A stretch of DNA of 35,177 nt from a virus (taxonomy: Duplodnaviria; Caudoviricetes). Location of the stretch: IMG/VR virus record IMGVR_UViG_3300030207_003146, positions 1-35,177 of that record; one strand, written 5' to 3'. This document shows, in pieces, positions 1 through 9,247 of this stretch. The number at the start of each line of letters is the position of its first letter. Within the stretch, counting starts at the first letter, position 1. The notes below the pieces were generated by a model that did not search any database, was not told the origin of the DNA, and saw only the letters and a program-made list of their open reading frames with translations. Position numbers and translations under genes: made by a program.

Positions 1-1
1 T

Positions 2-556
2 ACAATAGGGTTTAATAATAAATCTCCTTTAAATCAATATAAAAGCTCAATGCCTCAATCATTTGATCTTCCTACTTTAGGGGAAAGTTATACTAATCCA
101 AAAATAATAGATAATAGTAAACTTTTACAAGAAGAAATGAAAATAGGTGAATCCATAATAGAAGCAGGTAATGTTATAGCTCAAGCTGCTGGTGAAAATG
201 TAGCAAGAAAAAGAAAGAAAGAGCAAACAGCGTTAGATGAAGAAAAGAAAAAACAAGATGCTATAAATAAAATTCCAAAAGGTAGTTTTGCTCATAAAAC
301 TTTAGATCCTGATGGATATGAAACTTATAACAATGCTATGAATGAGCTTGAGGAAGAAAGAGAAATAGAAAGAAAAGAAAATGTAAGAAAATCTATATTA
401 AAAGAATATAAAGTTCCAGATTTTTCAAATTTAACTGGTACTACTGATGATTTACATAATTCTTTAAACACAGAAGAAACTGAAGCAGATTGGTTAGCTA
501 AAGATAAAAAGAAACACCCATGGGATTATCACTTAGGTTTTCCGGTGGTTAGATAA
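2..556 (+). CDS. Hypothetical (possible virion/internal) protein, 5'-truncated by the window edge
   Basis: The frame of ORF 50..556 is open back to base 2 (TIGFNNKSPLNQYKSS-M), so the ATG at 50 is probably internal. The protein is charged and coiled-coil-like, ending at TAA 554-556. Confidence 0.7.
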   Translation, partial: TIGFNNKSPLNQYKSSMPQSFDLPTLGESYTNPKIIDNSKLLQEEMKIGESIIEAGNVIAQAAGENVARKRKKEQTALDEEKKKQDAINKIPKGSFAHKTLDPDGYETYNNAMNELEEEREIERKENVRKSILKEYKVPDFSNLTGTTDDLHNSLNTEETEADWLAKDKKKHPWDYHLGFPVVR

Positions 557-619
557 AACAGTCATGGATCTGTATAAAACCAAATAAATCAATAAATATT
601 AACATTTAAAAATTAAAAC

Positions 620-1021
620 ATGGCAAAATTTATTAACTTTAATATTGTAGGTGGATATGATGTAGCAGGTGCTGCAGCAGATTCATCACTAGATGGAGAT
701 AATTTAGTAAATGTAGATAACATTTTAAACGTAAAAGCTGAAGCTGGTTTAGGTGGAGAATACAATGTAGTTCTTCAATTAACTGGCGGTTTATCTTGTA
801 GAGTTACTTGTTCTACAAGTGCAGTGGCTCAAGCTCCTAGTGGAGATGTACCAACTGCAACTGATTATTTAGCTTTAATGAAAAAAGCTGTTAACAGAGC
901 AATTACTGCTAATCCAGGTGGTGTAAAAGCTAGTGTATTACTACCATTAGATAGTGATGATCCTAACATTAAGTATGATGAAACTCTTAGAGTTTATTGG
1001 AAAGATATTCTAATTAGCTAA
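620..1021 (+). CDS. Hypothetical 133-aa protein, probable virion structural protein
   Basis: A-rich leader, Ala/Gly/Val-rich sequence with AVNRAITANPGGVK. The structural role is inferred from composition and context. Confidence 0.6.
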   Translation: MAKFINFNIVGGYDVAGAAADSSLDGDNLVNVDNILNVKAEAGLGGEYNVVLQLTGGLSCRVTCSTSAVAQAPSGDVPTATDYLALMKKAVNRAITANPGGVKASVLLPLDSDDPNIKYDETLRVYWKDILIS

Positions 1022-1022
1022 A

Positions 1023-1178
1023 ATGAGTTCTCAAGGCTTAGGCGATAGAATTGAAAATTTTACAAAAGCAACGGGCATCAAAGCGGCTGTTGATGGAATA
1101 TCAAGAGCAACTGGTGTCCCTTGCGGATGTAATAAAAGAAAATCTGCTTTAAATAAAATGTTTCCCTCAAGAAAATGA
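1023..1178 (+). CDS. Small 51-aa phage protein with GLGD...TGIK...CGC motif (not in ORF track)
   Basis: Manual translation: MSSQGLGDRIENFTKATGIKAAVDGISRATGVPCGCNKRKSALNKMFPSRK. It starts 1 nt after the upstream TAA and its TGA overlaps the next ATG (ATGA 1175-1178), filling the gap exactly. Confidence 0.85.
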   Translation: MSSQGLGDRIENFTKATGIKAAVDGISRATGVPCGCNKRKSALNKMFPSRK

Positions 1179-1522
1179 TAGAGTTTAAAGAAAATAAGGG
1201 GTTTAAAATTAAACGTCCTTTTAATATAGACAACACTCCTGTGTATCATGCAGATTTAGAGGAAGGATGCTTAGGTAAAGGTAATAAAAATGGTACTATA
1301 CTTATATCTCAGGATATAACTGATCCAGAAGAAAGAGAAAGTGTAGTAGATCATGAAAAAGTACATATAGATCAAATAAAACGTGGTGATCTTGATTATG
1401 ACGATGAAAATGTTTATTGGCAAGGTAAAGTATATCCAAGATCTGAAATGGACGAAGGCAATCCAAACTTACCATGGGAAAAAGAAGCTTATAGTAAAAC
1501 TGATCCATTTGAAAAATATTAA
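1175..1522 (+). CDS. Small zincin-like metallopeptidase
   Basis: Strand GTILIS, helix ESVVDHEKVHIDQ (HExxH) and a downstream PWEKEAY third-ligand motif. Confidence 0.75.
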   Translation: MIEFKENKGFKIKRPFNIDNTPVYHADLEEGCLGKGNKNGTILISQDITDPEERESVVDHEKVHIDQIKRGDLDYDDENVYWQGKVYPRSEMDEGNPNLPWEKEAYSKTDPFEKY

Positions 1523-1524
1523 TC

Positions 1525-2445
1525 ATGGGGTATAAACAAACAAATAATCCTTTGCCAAGAAAAAGTAGTCCACTTAATTTTGGACCACGAGGTATGCAAA
1601 AGATATTAGATGCCACAAGAGGAATGCATAATAAAATGGCTGCAGATCCACGAGTTGATTTAAGTTATAATCCTAAACAACGTGGAGCAAGTACTTATTT
1701 AAGAGATGAGAGAGGTGGTTATTTAGTTGATAAAAATATGCAACCTACTCATCAAGATTATGAAGGTCAATATGGTGGAATGATAAATTATGGTTCAAGT
1801 AGAAGACCACCACTCGGTGAAGTTAAAAATTGGAGAAGTGGTAATACTTATGTTAATAATGATTATTTAAATAGAACTTTATCTTTTGATCCAACTAAAG
1901 GATATTCAGCTAGACCATTAGATATTTATTATGATAAGTCTGGTGAACCTATTATTAATGAGCAAGGTTATGAACAATATACAACTCCAAATTCAGGTTT
2001 TGCAACTATAGGTAATATAGGTGCTGGAATGTATAGTGATACAGCAAATATAGCTCCAGGTTTAGATTCAGCAAAGGGGAGAAAATTTGATTTATCAAAT
2101 ACAAAAGATAGAGAAGAGTTTGAAAAATACAGAGATCAAATGTATAATAACCAACAAAATATGCTTCAATATGCAAACTCTATGTATGCTCTTGGTGAAG
2201 ATGGAAGGTATAGAATAGATGATGATATTGAAGATGATAAACTTGGGTATCATAAAGATTTTTATTATGATAGAATAGATCCAAGATCGGGTAAAACTAG
2301 AAATGAACAACATAATGAAGAAATGTATCAAAGACAGTTTACGAGTGCTGATCCTTTATTCCAAGGAGTTATTGGAGCACCTGGTTCAGACGAAAGAGCA
2401 GCAACTCTTGCATACATTGATCGTATAAGAGCTTATAATGACTAA
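1525..2445 (+). CDS. Hypothetical 306-aa protein, possible internal virion protein
   Basis: Long ORF tightly packed between neighbours, hydrophilic and Y/G/D-rich, N-terminus MGYKQTNNPLPRKSSPLNF. Confidence 0.65.
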   Translation: MGYKQTNNPLPRKSSPLNFGPRGMQKILDATRGMHNKMAADPRVDLSYNPKQRGASTYLRDERGGYLVDKNMQPTHQDYEGQYGGMINYGSSRRPPLGEVKNWRSGNTYVNNDYLNRTLSFDPTKGYSARPLDIYYDKSGEPIINEQGYEQYTTPNSGFATIGNIGAGMYSDTANIAPGLDSAKGRKFDLSNTKDREEFEKYRDQMYNNQQNMLQYANSMYALGEDGRYRIDDDIEDDKLGYHKDFYYDRIDPRSGKTRNEQHNEEMYQRQFTSADPLFQGVIGAPGSDERAATLAYIDRIRAYND

Positions 2446-2893
2446 AAAGAAATTTAAAGATACAACCGTTGGACAACTATTGTTTGGCGCAGCATCTGTA
2501 ATAAACCCTACATTAGGAAATGTATTACAAGGTGTAACATCTCCTAAAGAAGCAATAGCTGAAATAGCTAAATCAGACGCGTCTTTAGATGACAAAATAA
2601 AACTACAACAATTAATATATGAGCAACAGAATAAAGAAATAGAATCAATAACCTCTAGATGGAAAGCAGATTCTATGTCAGATTCTTGGATGTCTAAAAA
2701 TGTACGGCCTTTAGTTCTTATATGGTGTATTGTTGTATTTTCTTTTGCAGGTATATTAGATAGTGTAGAAAGTATACCATTTACAATACATGAAACTTGG
2801 AATGATACTTTTGAGAAGGTTATGATGTCCGTAATCTTAGCCTATTTCGGCGGACGAACGACAGAAAAGGCTAGTAGTATATTCAAAAAGTAA
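2438..2893 (+). CDS. Putative holin (GTA 3TM holin-like)
   Basis: Motif RWKADSMSDSWMSKNVRPL, then hydrophobic segments and a C-terminal YFGGRTTEK, matching the remembered GTA_holin_3TM pattern. Confidence 0.7.
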   Translation: MTKKKFKDTTVGQLLFGAASVINPTLGNVLQGVTSPKEAIAEIAKSDASLDDKIKLQQLIYEQQNKEIESITSRWKADSMSDSWMSKNVRPLVLIWCIVVFSFAGILDSVESIPFTIHETWNDTFEKVMMSVILAYFGGRTTEKASSIFKK

Positions 2894-2941
2894 AAACACT
2901 TATTTATAAGTGATAATATAAATAGAATTAAATTAAATTAA

Positions 2942-3301
2942 ATGAAAAAATTATTATTATGTATAGTAATGCTATTTAGTATTACTATGAACAGTCATGA
3001 ATTACATGAAAACCTTTCTGGAGTATGGTCTAGTAATGAAACTAGTTATTATGTAGTTATTTTATACAATGAAGATGAAGGATACAAATTTGTAAACTTT
3101 TCTTTTTATGAACAAGATACAGTAGAAGAACAAGTTGTTGAAGCAACAGATAATTATGTAAAAACTAGACTTGTTAATCCAGATAATGAGTGGGAAGTGT
3201 TTATAACATATACTTATGAAGACAATACGTTAACATGTAGATTTGAAGGAGATAGTAACCACAGTACTATATACAAAAAAAATTGGATAGTAACAAATTA
3301 A
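2942..3301 (+). CDS. Secreted/periplasmic protein with signal peptide, small beta-rich (lipocalin-like) fold
   Basis: MKKLLLCIVMLFSITMNS signal peptide, LSGVWSS (GxW) motif and alternating beta-strand patterns in an acidic mature region. Confidence 0.55.
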   Translation: MKKLLLCIVMLFSITMNSHELHENLSGVWSSNETSYYVVILYNEDEGYKFVNFSFYEQDTVEEQVVEATDNYVKTRLVNPDNEWEVFITYTYEDNTLTCRFEGDSNHSTIYKKNWIVTN

Positions 3302-3311
3302 ATTAAATAAA

Positions 3312-3554
3312 ATGGAAGTAAAAAAGATAACACAGGAAGAGTTAGATAATATAACTAAACTACAAACTGAATTAGCTCAATTATTACAAAACATAGGAAT
3401 AGCTGAGGCAGAAAAACACGCAATGCTGCATAAAATCGCAGGTGTTAATGCTAAACAAGAAGATGTTAAAAAAGAATTAGAAGAAAAATATGGTTCTATT
3501 AACATAAACTTAGAAACTGGAGAATATACTTTAATAGAAAAAGAAAATGAGTAG
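3312..3554 (+). CDS. Small coiled-coil phage protein
   Basis: Heptad-rich helix followed by LEEKYGSININLETGEY. Overlaps the next start by 8 nt. Confidence 0.7.
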   Translation: MEVKKITQEELDNITKLQTELAQLLQNIGIAEAEKHAMLHKIAGVNAKQEDVKKELEEKYGSININLETGEYTLIEKENE

Positions 3555-3774
3555 TGTAATAAGAAAAATCAGTATTGGATCTGATTATAAGAATGAAGCA
3601 ATGCATTATTCTATTGGTCAACAAGTATATGGAGGACATGAAATATCTCATATACTGTTAGATGAAAAAGATAATTCATATAATATTTATATAAAGAAAA
3701 ACAACGAAGTATTACCATGGAAAAAATTTAATTCCAATATGGCAATAGCAGTTGAGTATGATTTAGAATATTAA
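3547..3774 (+). CDS. Hypothetical 75-aa phage protein
   Basis: Translationally coupled on both sides (TAATG at 3772-3776). Contains IRKISIGSDYKNEAMHY. Confidence 0.75.
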   Translation: MSSVIRKISIGSDYKNEAMHYSIGQQVYGGHEISHILLDEKDNSYNIYIKKNNEVLPWKKFNSNMAIAVEYDLEY

Positions 3775-4382
3775 TGAATAGTTTATATGATTTTATAGTA
3801 AAGCCTATCGGAGAAGGTAGATATAATAATAGTAAAAAAATAGGTGAAAAAGAATTAATTTTAAATACTAAAATTGAATCTTGGAAATTTGTTAATAGAT
3901 TTGCTGAAGTTGTGTCTACACCGTTGGCTATTACTAGTAATATAAAAAAAGGTGATACTATAGTCGTACATCAAAATATATTTAGAAGATTCTATAATAT
4001 GCAAGGAAAACAAACTAATAGTAGATCTTTTTTTAAAAATAATTTATACTTTGTTTCACCAGATCAAATATATTTATATAAAAACAATGGTAAATGGCAA
4101 AGTTTTGGAGATAGATGTTTTATAAAACCATTAAAAAATTCTAATTCTTTAGAAACAGTTAAAGAACAACCTAATATAGGAGTTGTAAAAATTGGTAATA
4201 AAAACTTAACAAATCTAGATATAAATCCAGAAGATGTTATAGGTTTTAGACCTGGAGGAGAATGGGAGTTTATTATAGATGATGAACGTCTTTATTGTAT
4301 GAAATCAAATGATATTGTAATTAAATATGGAAATAAAAAAGATAAAAAAGAATATAATCCAAGCTGGACGAATAGCTGTTGA
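3774..4382 (+). CDS. GroES/Cpn10-like co-chaperonin with two tandem GroES-like domains
   Basis: Repeat 1: LYDFIVKP...AEVVSTP...IKKGDTIVV. Repeat 2: FGDRCFIKP...GVVKIGN...INPEDVIGF...IDDERLYCMKSNDI. Both resemble GroES (PLxDRVxV, vKxGDxV, idGEEylImxExDI). Confidence 0.65.
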   Translation: MNSLYDFIVKPIGEGRYNNSKKIGEKELILNTKIESWKFVNRFAEVVSTPLAITSNIKKGDTIVVHQNIFRRFYNMQGKQTNSRSFFKNNLYFVSPDQIYLYKNNGKWQSFGDRCFIKPLKNSNSLETVKEQPNIGVVKIGNKNLTNLDINPEDVIGFRPGGEWEFIIDDERLYCMKSNDIVIKYGNKKDKKEYNPSWTNSC

Positions 4383-4605
4383 AGAACTTATTAAAGTAGC
4401 TAAAGAACCTATTATTGATTTTGGACCTGATATTTCCGCTGATAGATTAAAAAATGCTGCTGCTACTAAAAAATTAGCTATATTTGATGCTTTTGAAATA
4501 CTTGCTAAAATAAATGAAGAAGAAAATATAATTGAAGGTAAAGTAGAAGAAGAAACAAAAAAACCTAAAGAATTTAAAGGTTTTGCAGAAGGGAGGTCTA
4601 AATAA
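4327..4605 (+). CDS. Putative terminase small subunit
   Basis: Small helical protein immediately upstream of, and coupled to, TerL. The call is positional inference only. Confidence 0.45.
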   Translation: MEIKKIKKNIIQAGRIAVEELIKVAKEPIIDFGPDISADRLKNAAATKKLAIFDAFEILAKINEEENIIEGKVEEETKKPKEFKGFAEGRSK

Positions 4606-6818
4606 TGTACGACCAACAATTATATAAAGTATTAAAAGATTATATAAAACCTAAAGTACTTAAAAAAAATAATCGTTATAGTAAATGGGAGTATGGATAT
4701 AACCCTGAACATGATATAATTATTATTAGTAAAACAGGTAAAATAGGTGAAATATACGAAATACAAAATTTAAAAATAGCTTTACCTTTACAAGAAGATG
4801 TTGTAACTTTTGAATCTAATACTTGGGAATATACTCAATTACCTAAAGAATTAAGTAGGATTAAAACTATATTTGACTGGGAAGAATATCCTTTAGATTT
4901 TAAGGAAACATGGTACGATTTTATTGATAAAGAATTTAATAGAAGAGAAAAAGGATTTTGGTTTAATAATAACAGTAAACCTACTTATTTAACCGGAACT
5001 CATTACATGTACTTGCAATGGAGTAAAATTGATGTAGGTAAACCAGATTTTAGAGAAGCCAATAGATTATTCTTTATTTTTTGGGAAGCTTGTAAAGCTG
5101 ATCAAAGGTGTTACGGTATGTGTTATCTGAAAAACAGACGTTCTGGTTTTTCATTTATGGCTTCAGGTGAAACAGTTAATTTAGCTACTATTTCTTCTGA
5201 TTCAAGATATGGAGTTTTATCTAAATCAGGTCCTGATGCTAAAACAATGTTTACTGATAAAATAGTTCCTATTTCTGTAAATTATCCTTTTTTCTTTAAA
5301 CCTATACAGGACGGTATGGACCGACCTAAAACAGAATTAGCTTATAGAGTTCCAGCTAGTAAATTTACAAGACGTAAATTAACAGCTAATACTCAAGCTC
5401 CAGAACTACAAGGATTAGATACAACTATTGATTGGAAAAATACTGGTGATAATAGTTATGATGGTGAAAAATTAAAACTATTAGTACATGATGAAAGTGG
5501 TAAATGGGAAAAACCAAATAATATATTAAATAACTGGAGAGTTACTAAAACTACATTAAGATTAGGTAGTAGAATTATTGGTAAATGTATGATGGGTTCA
5601 ACTTGTAACGCGTTAGATAAAGGAGGTAATAACTTTAAAAAATTATATTATGATTCCGATGTTACACAAAGAAACCGCAATGGACAGACTCGCTCAGGAC
5701 TCTATTCTTTGTTCATACCTATGGAATGGAACTACGAAGGATACATTGATTCTTATGGCATACCTGTATTCGAGACACCAAAAGATCTTGTCAAAGGACC
5801 AGATGGAATTCCAATAACATTAGGAGTAATTGATTATTGGCAAAACGAAGTAGATGGATTAAAAGAAGATCAAGATGCTTTAAACGAATTTTATAGACAA
5901 TTCCCAAGAACTACAGAACATGCTTTTAGAGATGAAGCTAAATCTTCACTATTTAATTTAACTAAAATATATGAGCAAATAGATTGGAATGCGGATATAA
6001 AAAATACAAATGTAATAACTCAAGGAAATTTTCAGTGGATAGGAGGAATACAAGACACAGAAGTAGTATTTTCTCCTAATAAAAATGGAAAATTTTTCAT
6101 ATCATGGGTTCCACCATTAGGATTACAAAATAATGTAATATTTAAACTAGGTAAAAAATATCCTGGTAATGAACATTTAGGAGCGTTTGGATGTGACCCT
6201 TATGATATTTCAGGAACTGTAGATGGTAGAGGTTCTAATGGATCTTTACATGGTTTAACTAAGTTTAGTATGGAAGATGTTCCTCCTAATCATTTCTTTT
6301 TAGAATATATAGCTAGACCTCAAACTGCTGAAATATTTTTTGAAGATGTGTTAATGGCATGTGTATTTTATGGAATGCCAATATTAATTGAAAATAATAA
6401 ACCTAGAATTCTTTATCATTTTAAACGTAGGGGTTATAGAGGTTTTTCAATGAATAGACCAGATAAAATTTACAACAAATTATCTGTAACAGAAAGAGAA
6501 ATAGGTGGTATACCAAATTCAAGTGAAGACATTAAACAAGCTCATGCAGCTGCTATTGAAAGTTATATAGAAACATATATAGGTAGAAGAGAAGATGGAA
6601 CTTATGGAGACACTTATTTTCAAAGAACACTTGAAGACTGGGCAAAATTTAACATAAATAATAGAACAACTCATGATGCGTCTATTAGTTCAGGTTTAGC
6701 TTTAATGGCTTGTAATAAAAATAAATACAGACCTAATCCTAAGGTAATAATGAAAAATTATGATTTAGGAATTAAAAAATATGATAACAAAGGTCAATTA
6801 TCAAAAATTATAGATTAA
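4605..6818 (+). CDS. terL: Terminase large subunit
   Basis: Walker A-like KNRRSGFS, Walker B LLVHDESGK, coupling motif MGST, RNase H nuclease motifs AFGCDPYD, ILIENN and HDASIS. Confidence 0.92.
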   Translation: MYDQQLYKVLKDYIKPKVLKKNNRYSKWEYGYNPEHDIIIISKTGKIGEIYEIQNLKIALPLQEDVVTFESNTWEYTQLPKELSRIKTIFDWEEYPLDFKETWYDFIDKEFNRREKGFWFNNNSKPTYLTGTHYMYLQWSKIDVGKPDFREANRLFFIFWEACKADQRCYGMCYLKNRRSGFSFMASGETVNLATISSDSRYGVLSKSGPDAKTMFTDKIVPISVNYPFFFKPIQDGMDRPKTELAYRVPASKFTRRKLTANTQAPELQGLDTTIDWKNTGDNSYDGEKLKLLVHDESGKWEKPNNILNNWRVTKTTLRLGSRIIGKCMMGSTCNALDKGGNNFKKLYYDSDVTQRNRNGQTRSGLYSLFIPMEWNYEGYIDSYGIPVFETPKDLVKGPDGIPITLGVIDYWQNEVDGLKEDQDALNEFYRQFPRTTEHAFRDEAKSSLFNLTKIYEQIDWNADIKNTNVITQGNFQWIGGIQDTEVVFSPNKNGKFFISWVPPLGLQNNVIFKLGKKYPGNEHLGAFGCDPYDISGTVDGRGSNGSLHGLTKFSMEDVPPNHFFLEYIARPQTAEIFFEDVLMACVFYGMPILIENNKPRILYHFKRRGYRGFSMNRPDKIYNKLSVTEREIGGIPNSSEDIKQAHAAAIESYIETYIGRREDGTYGDTYFQRTLEDWAKFNINNRTTHDASISSGLALMACNKNKYRPNPKVIMKNYDLGIKKYDNKGQLSKIID

Positions 6819-9218
6819 ATGAAAAGTATATACAATAACGGTAGTAGTATTTTCCCTAGCCAAGTGGTTAGTGACGCTGAAAAATCTTCATTGGAATATG
6901 GTATGCAGGTTGCGCAAGCTATAGAACAGGAATGGTTTTTATTAGGGAGAACTAATGGTAATAGATATTTAACTACTTGGAATAATTATAATAGACTAAG
7001 ATTATACGCGAGAGGTGAACAACCTACTCAAAAATATAAAGATGAGTTATCTATTAATGGAGATTTATCTTATCTTAATTTAGACTGGAAACCAGTACCG
7101 ATTATTAGTAAATTTGTTGATATATTAGCTAATGGTATATCTAACAAAGATTATGATGTTAATGCTTATGCTCAAGATCCTGGAGCATTACAAAAAAGAA
7201 CTAATTACGCTGAAAGACTAGCACAAGATATTTTTGCTAGGGACACAATGAAACAAATTACAGCTAAACTAGGAACTAATTTGTTTAATACTCAAGTACC
7301 AGAAGAGCAATTACCTCAAACACCTGAAGAACTAGAATTACACATGCAATTAAGCTATAAGCAAGCAGTAGAAATTGCAGAAGAAGAAGTTATAAATCAA
7401 GTATTAGATTATAATAAATGGGATTTAATAAGACGAAGAGTTAATTATGATTTAGTTACTTGTGGTATTGGAGCTGTTAAAACAGATTTTAATTTAGCTA
7501 ATGGAGTTACAGTAGATTATGTAGATCCAGCAATGTTAATATATTCTTACACAGAAGATCCAAATTTTGAAGATTTATATTATATAGGTGAATTAAAAGC
7601 AGTAACTTTACCAGAAATAGCTAAACAATTCCCTAATTTATCTGATGCTGAGTTAGAAAAAATACAAGAATACCAAGGAAATAAAAGTTATTTATATGGA
7701 TACGGCAATGGACCATGGGATCAAAATACTATTCCAATAATATATTTTGAATATAAAACATACAGTGATCAAGTATTTAAAATAAAAGAAACTGAACAAG
7801 GTTTAGTAAAAGCTATTGAAAAACCTGATACTTTTAATCCACCACAAACAGACATGTTTGAAAGAGTAGGTAGAACTATAGAGGTTTTATATAAAGGAGT
7901 TAAAGTTTTAGGAACAGATATAATGCTTAAATGGGAGTTAGCTGAAAATATGACTCGACCTTTTGCAGATACTACTAAAGTAGAAATGAATTACGCGTTA
8001 TGTGCTCCAAGAATGTATAAAGGAAGAATAAACTCTATAGTAGGTAGAATAACAGGTTTTGCAGATATGATTCAAATAACTCATTTAAAACTGCAACAAG
8101 TTATAGCTAGAATGGTACCAGATGGAGTTTTCTTAGATATGGACGGTTTAGCAGAAGTTGACTTAGGAAATGGAACTAATTATAATCCAGCTGAAGCATT
8201 AAACATGTATTTTCAAACGGGTTCAGTTGTTGGTAGATCACTAACACAAGATGGTGATATTAATAGAGGTAAAATACCTGTGCAAGAATTAGCTAGTGGA
8301 TCTGGTCAAGCAAAAGTACAAAATTTAATTCAAACATATAATTATTATTTACAAATGATAAGAGATGTGACCGGATTAAATGAAGCTAGAGATGGAAGTT
8401 TAGCAGACAAAGATACATTAGTAGGATTACAAAAAATCGCTGCACAAGCTTCTAATATAGCAACTAAACATATTAATAACGCTAGTTTATTTTTAACATT
8501 AAGAGTATGTGAAAATATATCTAAAAAAGTAAATGATATGTTAGATTATCCTTTAACAGCAAATGCTTTAAAGAATAGTATAACAGCATTTAATACTGCC
8601 ACACTAGATGGATTACAAGAAATTAATTTGCATGATTTTGGAATTTATTTAGATTTAGAACCAGATGAAGAAGAAAAACAAAGATTAGAAGAAAATATAC
8701 AAGTTGCATTATCTAGTGGTGGTATTGATTTAGAAGATGCAATTGAAGTACGTCAAATACGTAATTTAAAATTAGCAAATCAAATGCTAAAACAAAAACG
8801 TAAGCGTAAAATGCAGCATGATAGACAAATGCAAATGGAAATGAATCAGCAACAAGCTCAAGCAAATGCAGATGCTGCACAACAAGCCGCTGAATCAGAA
8901 GTACAAAAACAACAAGCTTTAACAGCGGAAAAAGTTAGTTTAGAAGAAGCTAAATCTCAATTTGAAATTCAAAGAATGCAAACAGAAGCTCAAATTAAAA
9001 GAGAATTAATGGCTGAAGAATTTAACTATCAAATGCAGTTAGAGCAAATGAAAAAGAATCAAGAAATACAGCGAGAACAAGAAATTGAAGATCGCAAAGA
9101 TAACAGAACAAGAATAGCTGGAACACAACAAAGTCAAATGATTTCTCAACGTCAAAACAATGAGATGCCTAAAGATTTTGAAAATGATCCACAATTAATG
9201 AATCAACCAGTTATTTAA
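6819..9218 (+). CDS. Portal protein
   Basis: 799 aa directly after TerL, with an IRDVTGLNEARDG motif and a long Q/E-rich C-terminal coiled coil like podovirus portal barrels. Confidence 0.85.
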   Translation: MKSIYNNGSSIFPSQVVSDAEKSSLEYGMQVAQAIEQEWFLLGRTNGNRYLTTWNNYNRLRLYARGEQPTQKYKDELSINGDLSYLNLDWKPVPIISKFVDILANGISNKDYDVNAYAQDPGALQKRTNYAERLAQDIFARDTMKQITAKLGTNLFNTQVPEEQLPQTPEELELHMQLSYKQAVEIAEEEVINQVLDYNKWDLIRRRVNYDLVTCGIGAVKTDFNLANGVTVDYVDPAMLIYSYTEDPNFEDLYYIGELKAVTLPEIAKQFPNLSDAELEKIQEYQGNKSYLYGYGNGPWDQNTIPIIYFEYKTYSDQVFKIKETEQGLVKAIEKPDTFNPPQTDMFERVGRTIEVLYKGVKVLGTDIMLKWELAENMTRPFADTTKVEMNYALCAPRMYKGRINSIVGRITGFADMIQITHLKLQQVIARMVPDGVFLDMDGLAEVDLGNGTNYNPAEALNMYFQTGSVVGRSLTQDGDINRGKIPVQELASGSGQAKVQNLIQTYNYYLQMIRDVTGLNEARDGSLADKDTLVGLQKIAAQASNIATKHINNASLFLTLRVCENISKKVNDMLDYPLTANALKNSITAFNTATLDGLQEINLHDFGIYLDLEPDEEEKQRLEENIQVALSSGGIDLEDAIEVRQIRNLKLANQMLKQKRKRKMQHDRQMQMEMNQQQAQANADAAQQAAESEVQKQQALTAEKVSLEEAKSQFEIQRMQTEAQIKRELMAEEFNYQMQLEQMKKNQEIQREQEIEDRKDNRTRIAGTQQSQMISQRQNNEMPKDFENDPQLMNQPVI

Positions 9219-9225
9219 TATTAAC

Positions 9226-9247
9226 TATTTAATTATATTATATTATG
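9226..9247 (+). promoter_or_regulatory. Repeated 22-nt leader TATTTAATTATATTATATTATG, copy 1
   Basis: Identical to 11977..11998. Both copies end in a start codon and are preceded by TTAAC(T). Confidence 0.6.

Noticed and set aside
50-52. ATG at 50 as the true start of the first gene
   Set aside because: The frame is open to the window edge and contains the KSPLN motif upstream, so the gene probably starts outside the window.
558-582. preQ1-I riboswitch
   Set aside because: The overall layout is similar, but the stem and loop are too short, the ligand-pairing loop C is not evident, and no queuosine-related gene follows. It is kept only as a generic pseudoknot candidate.
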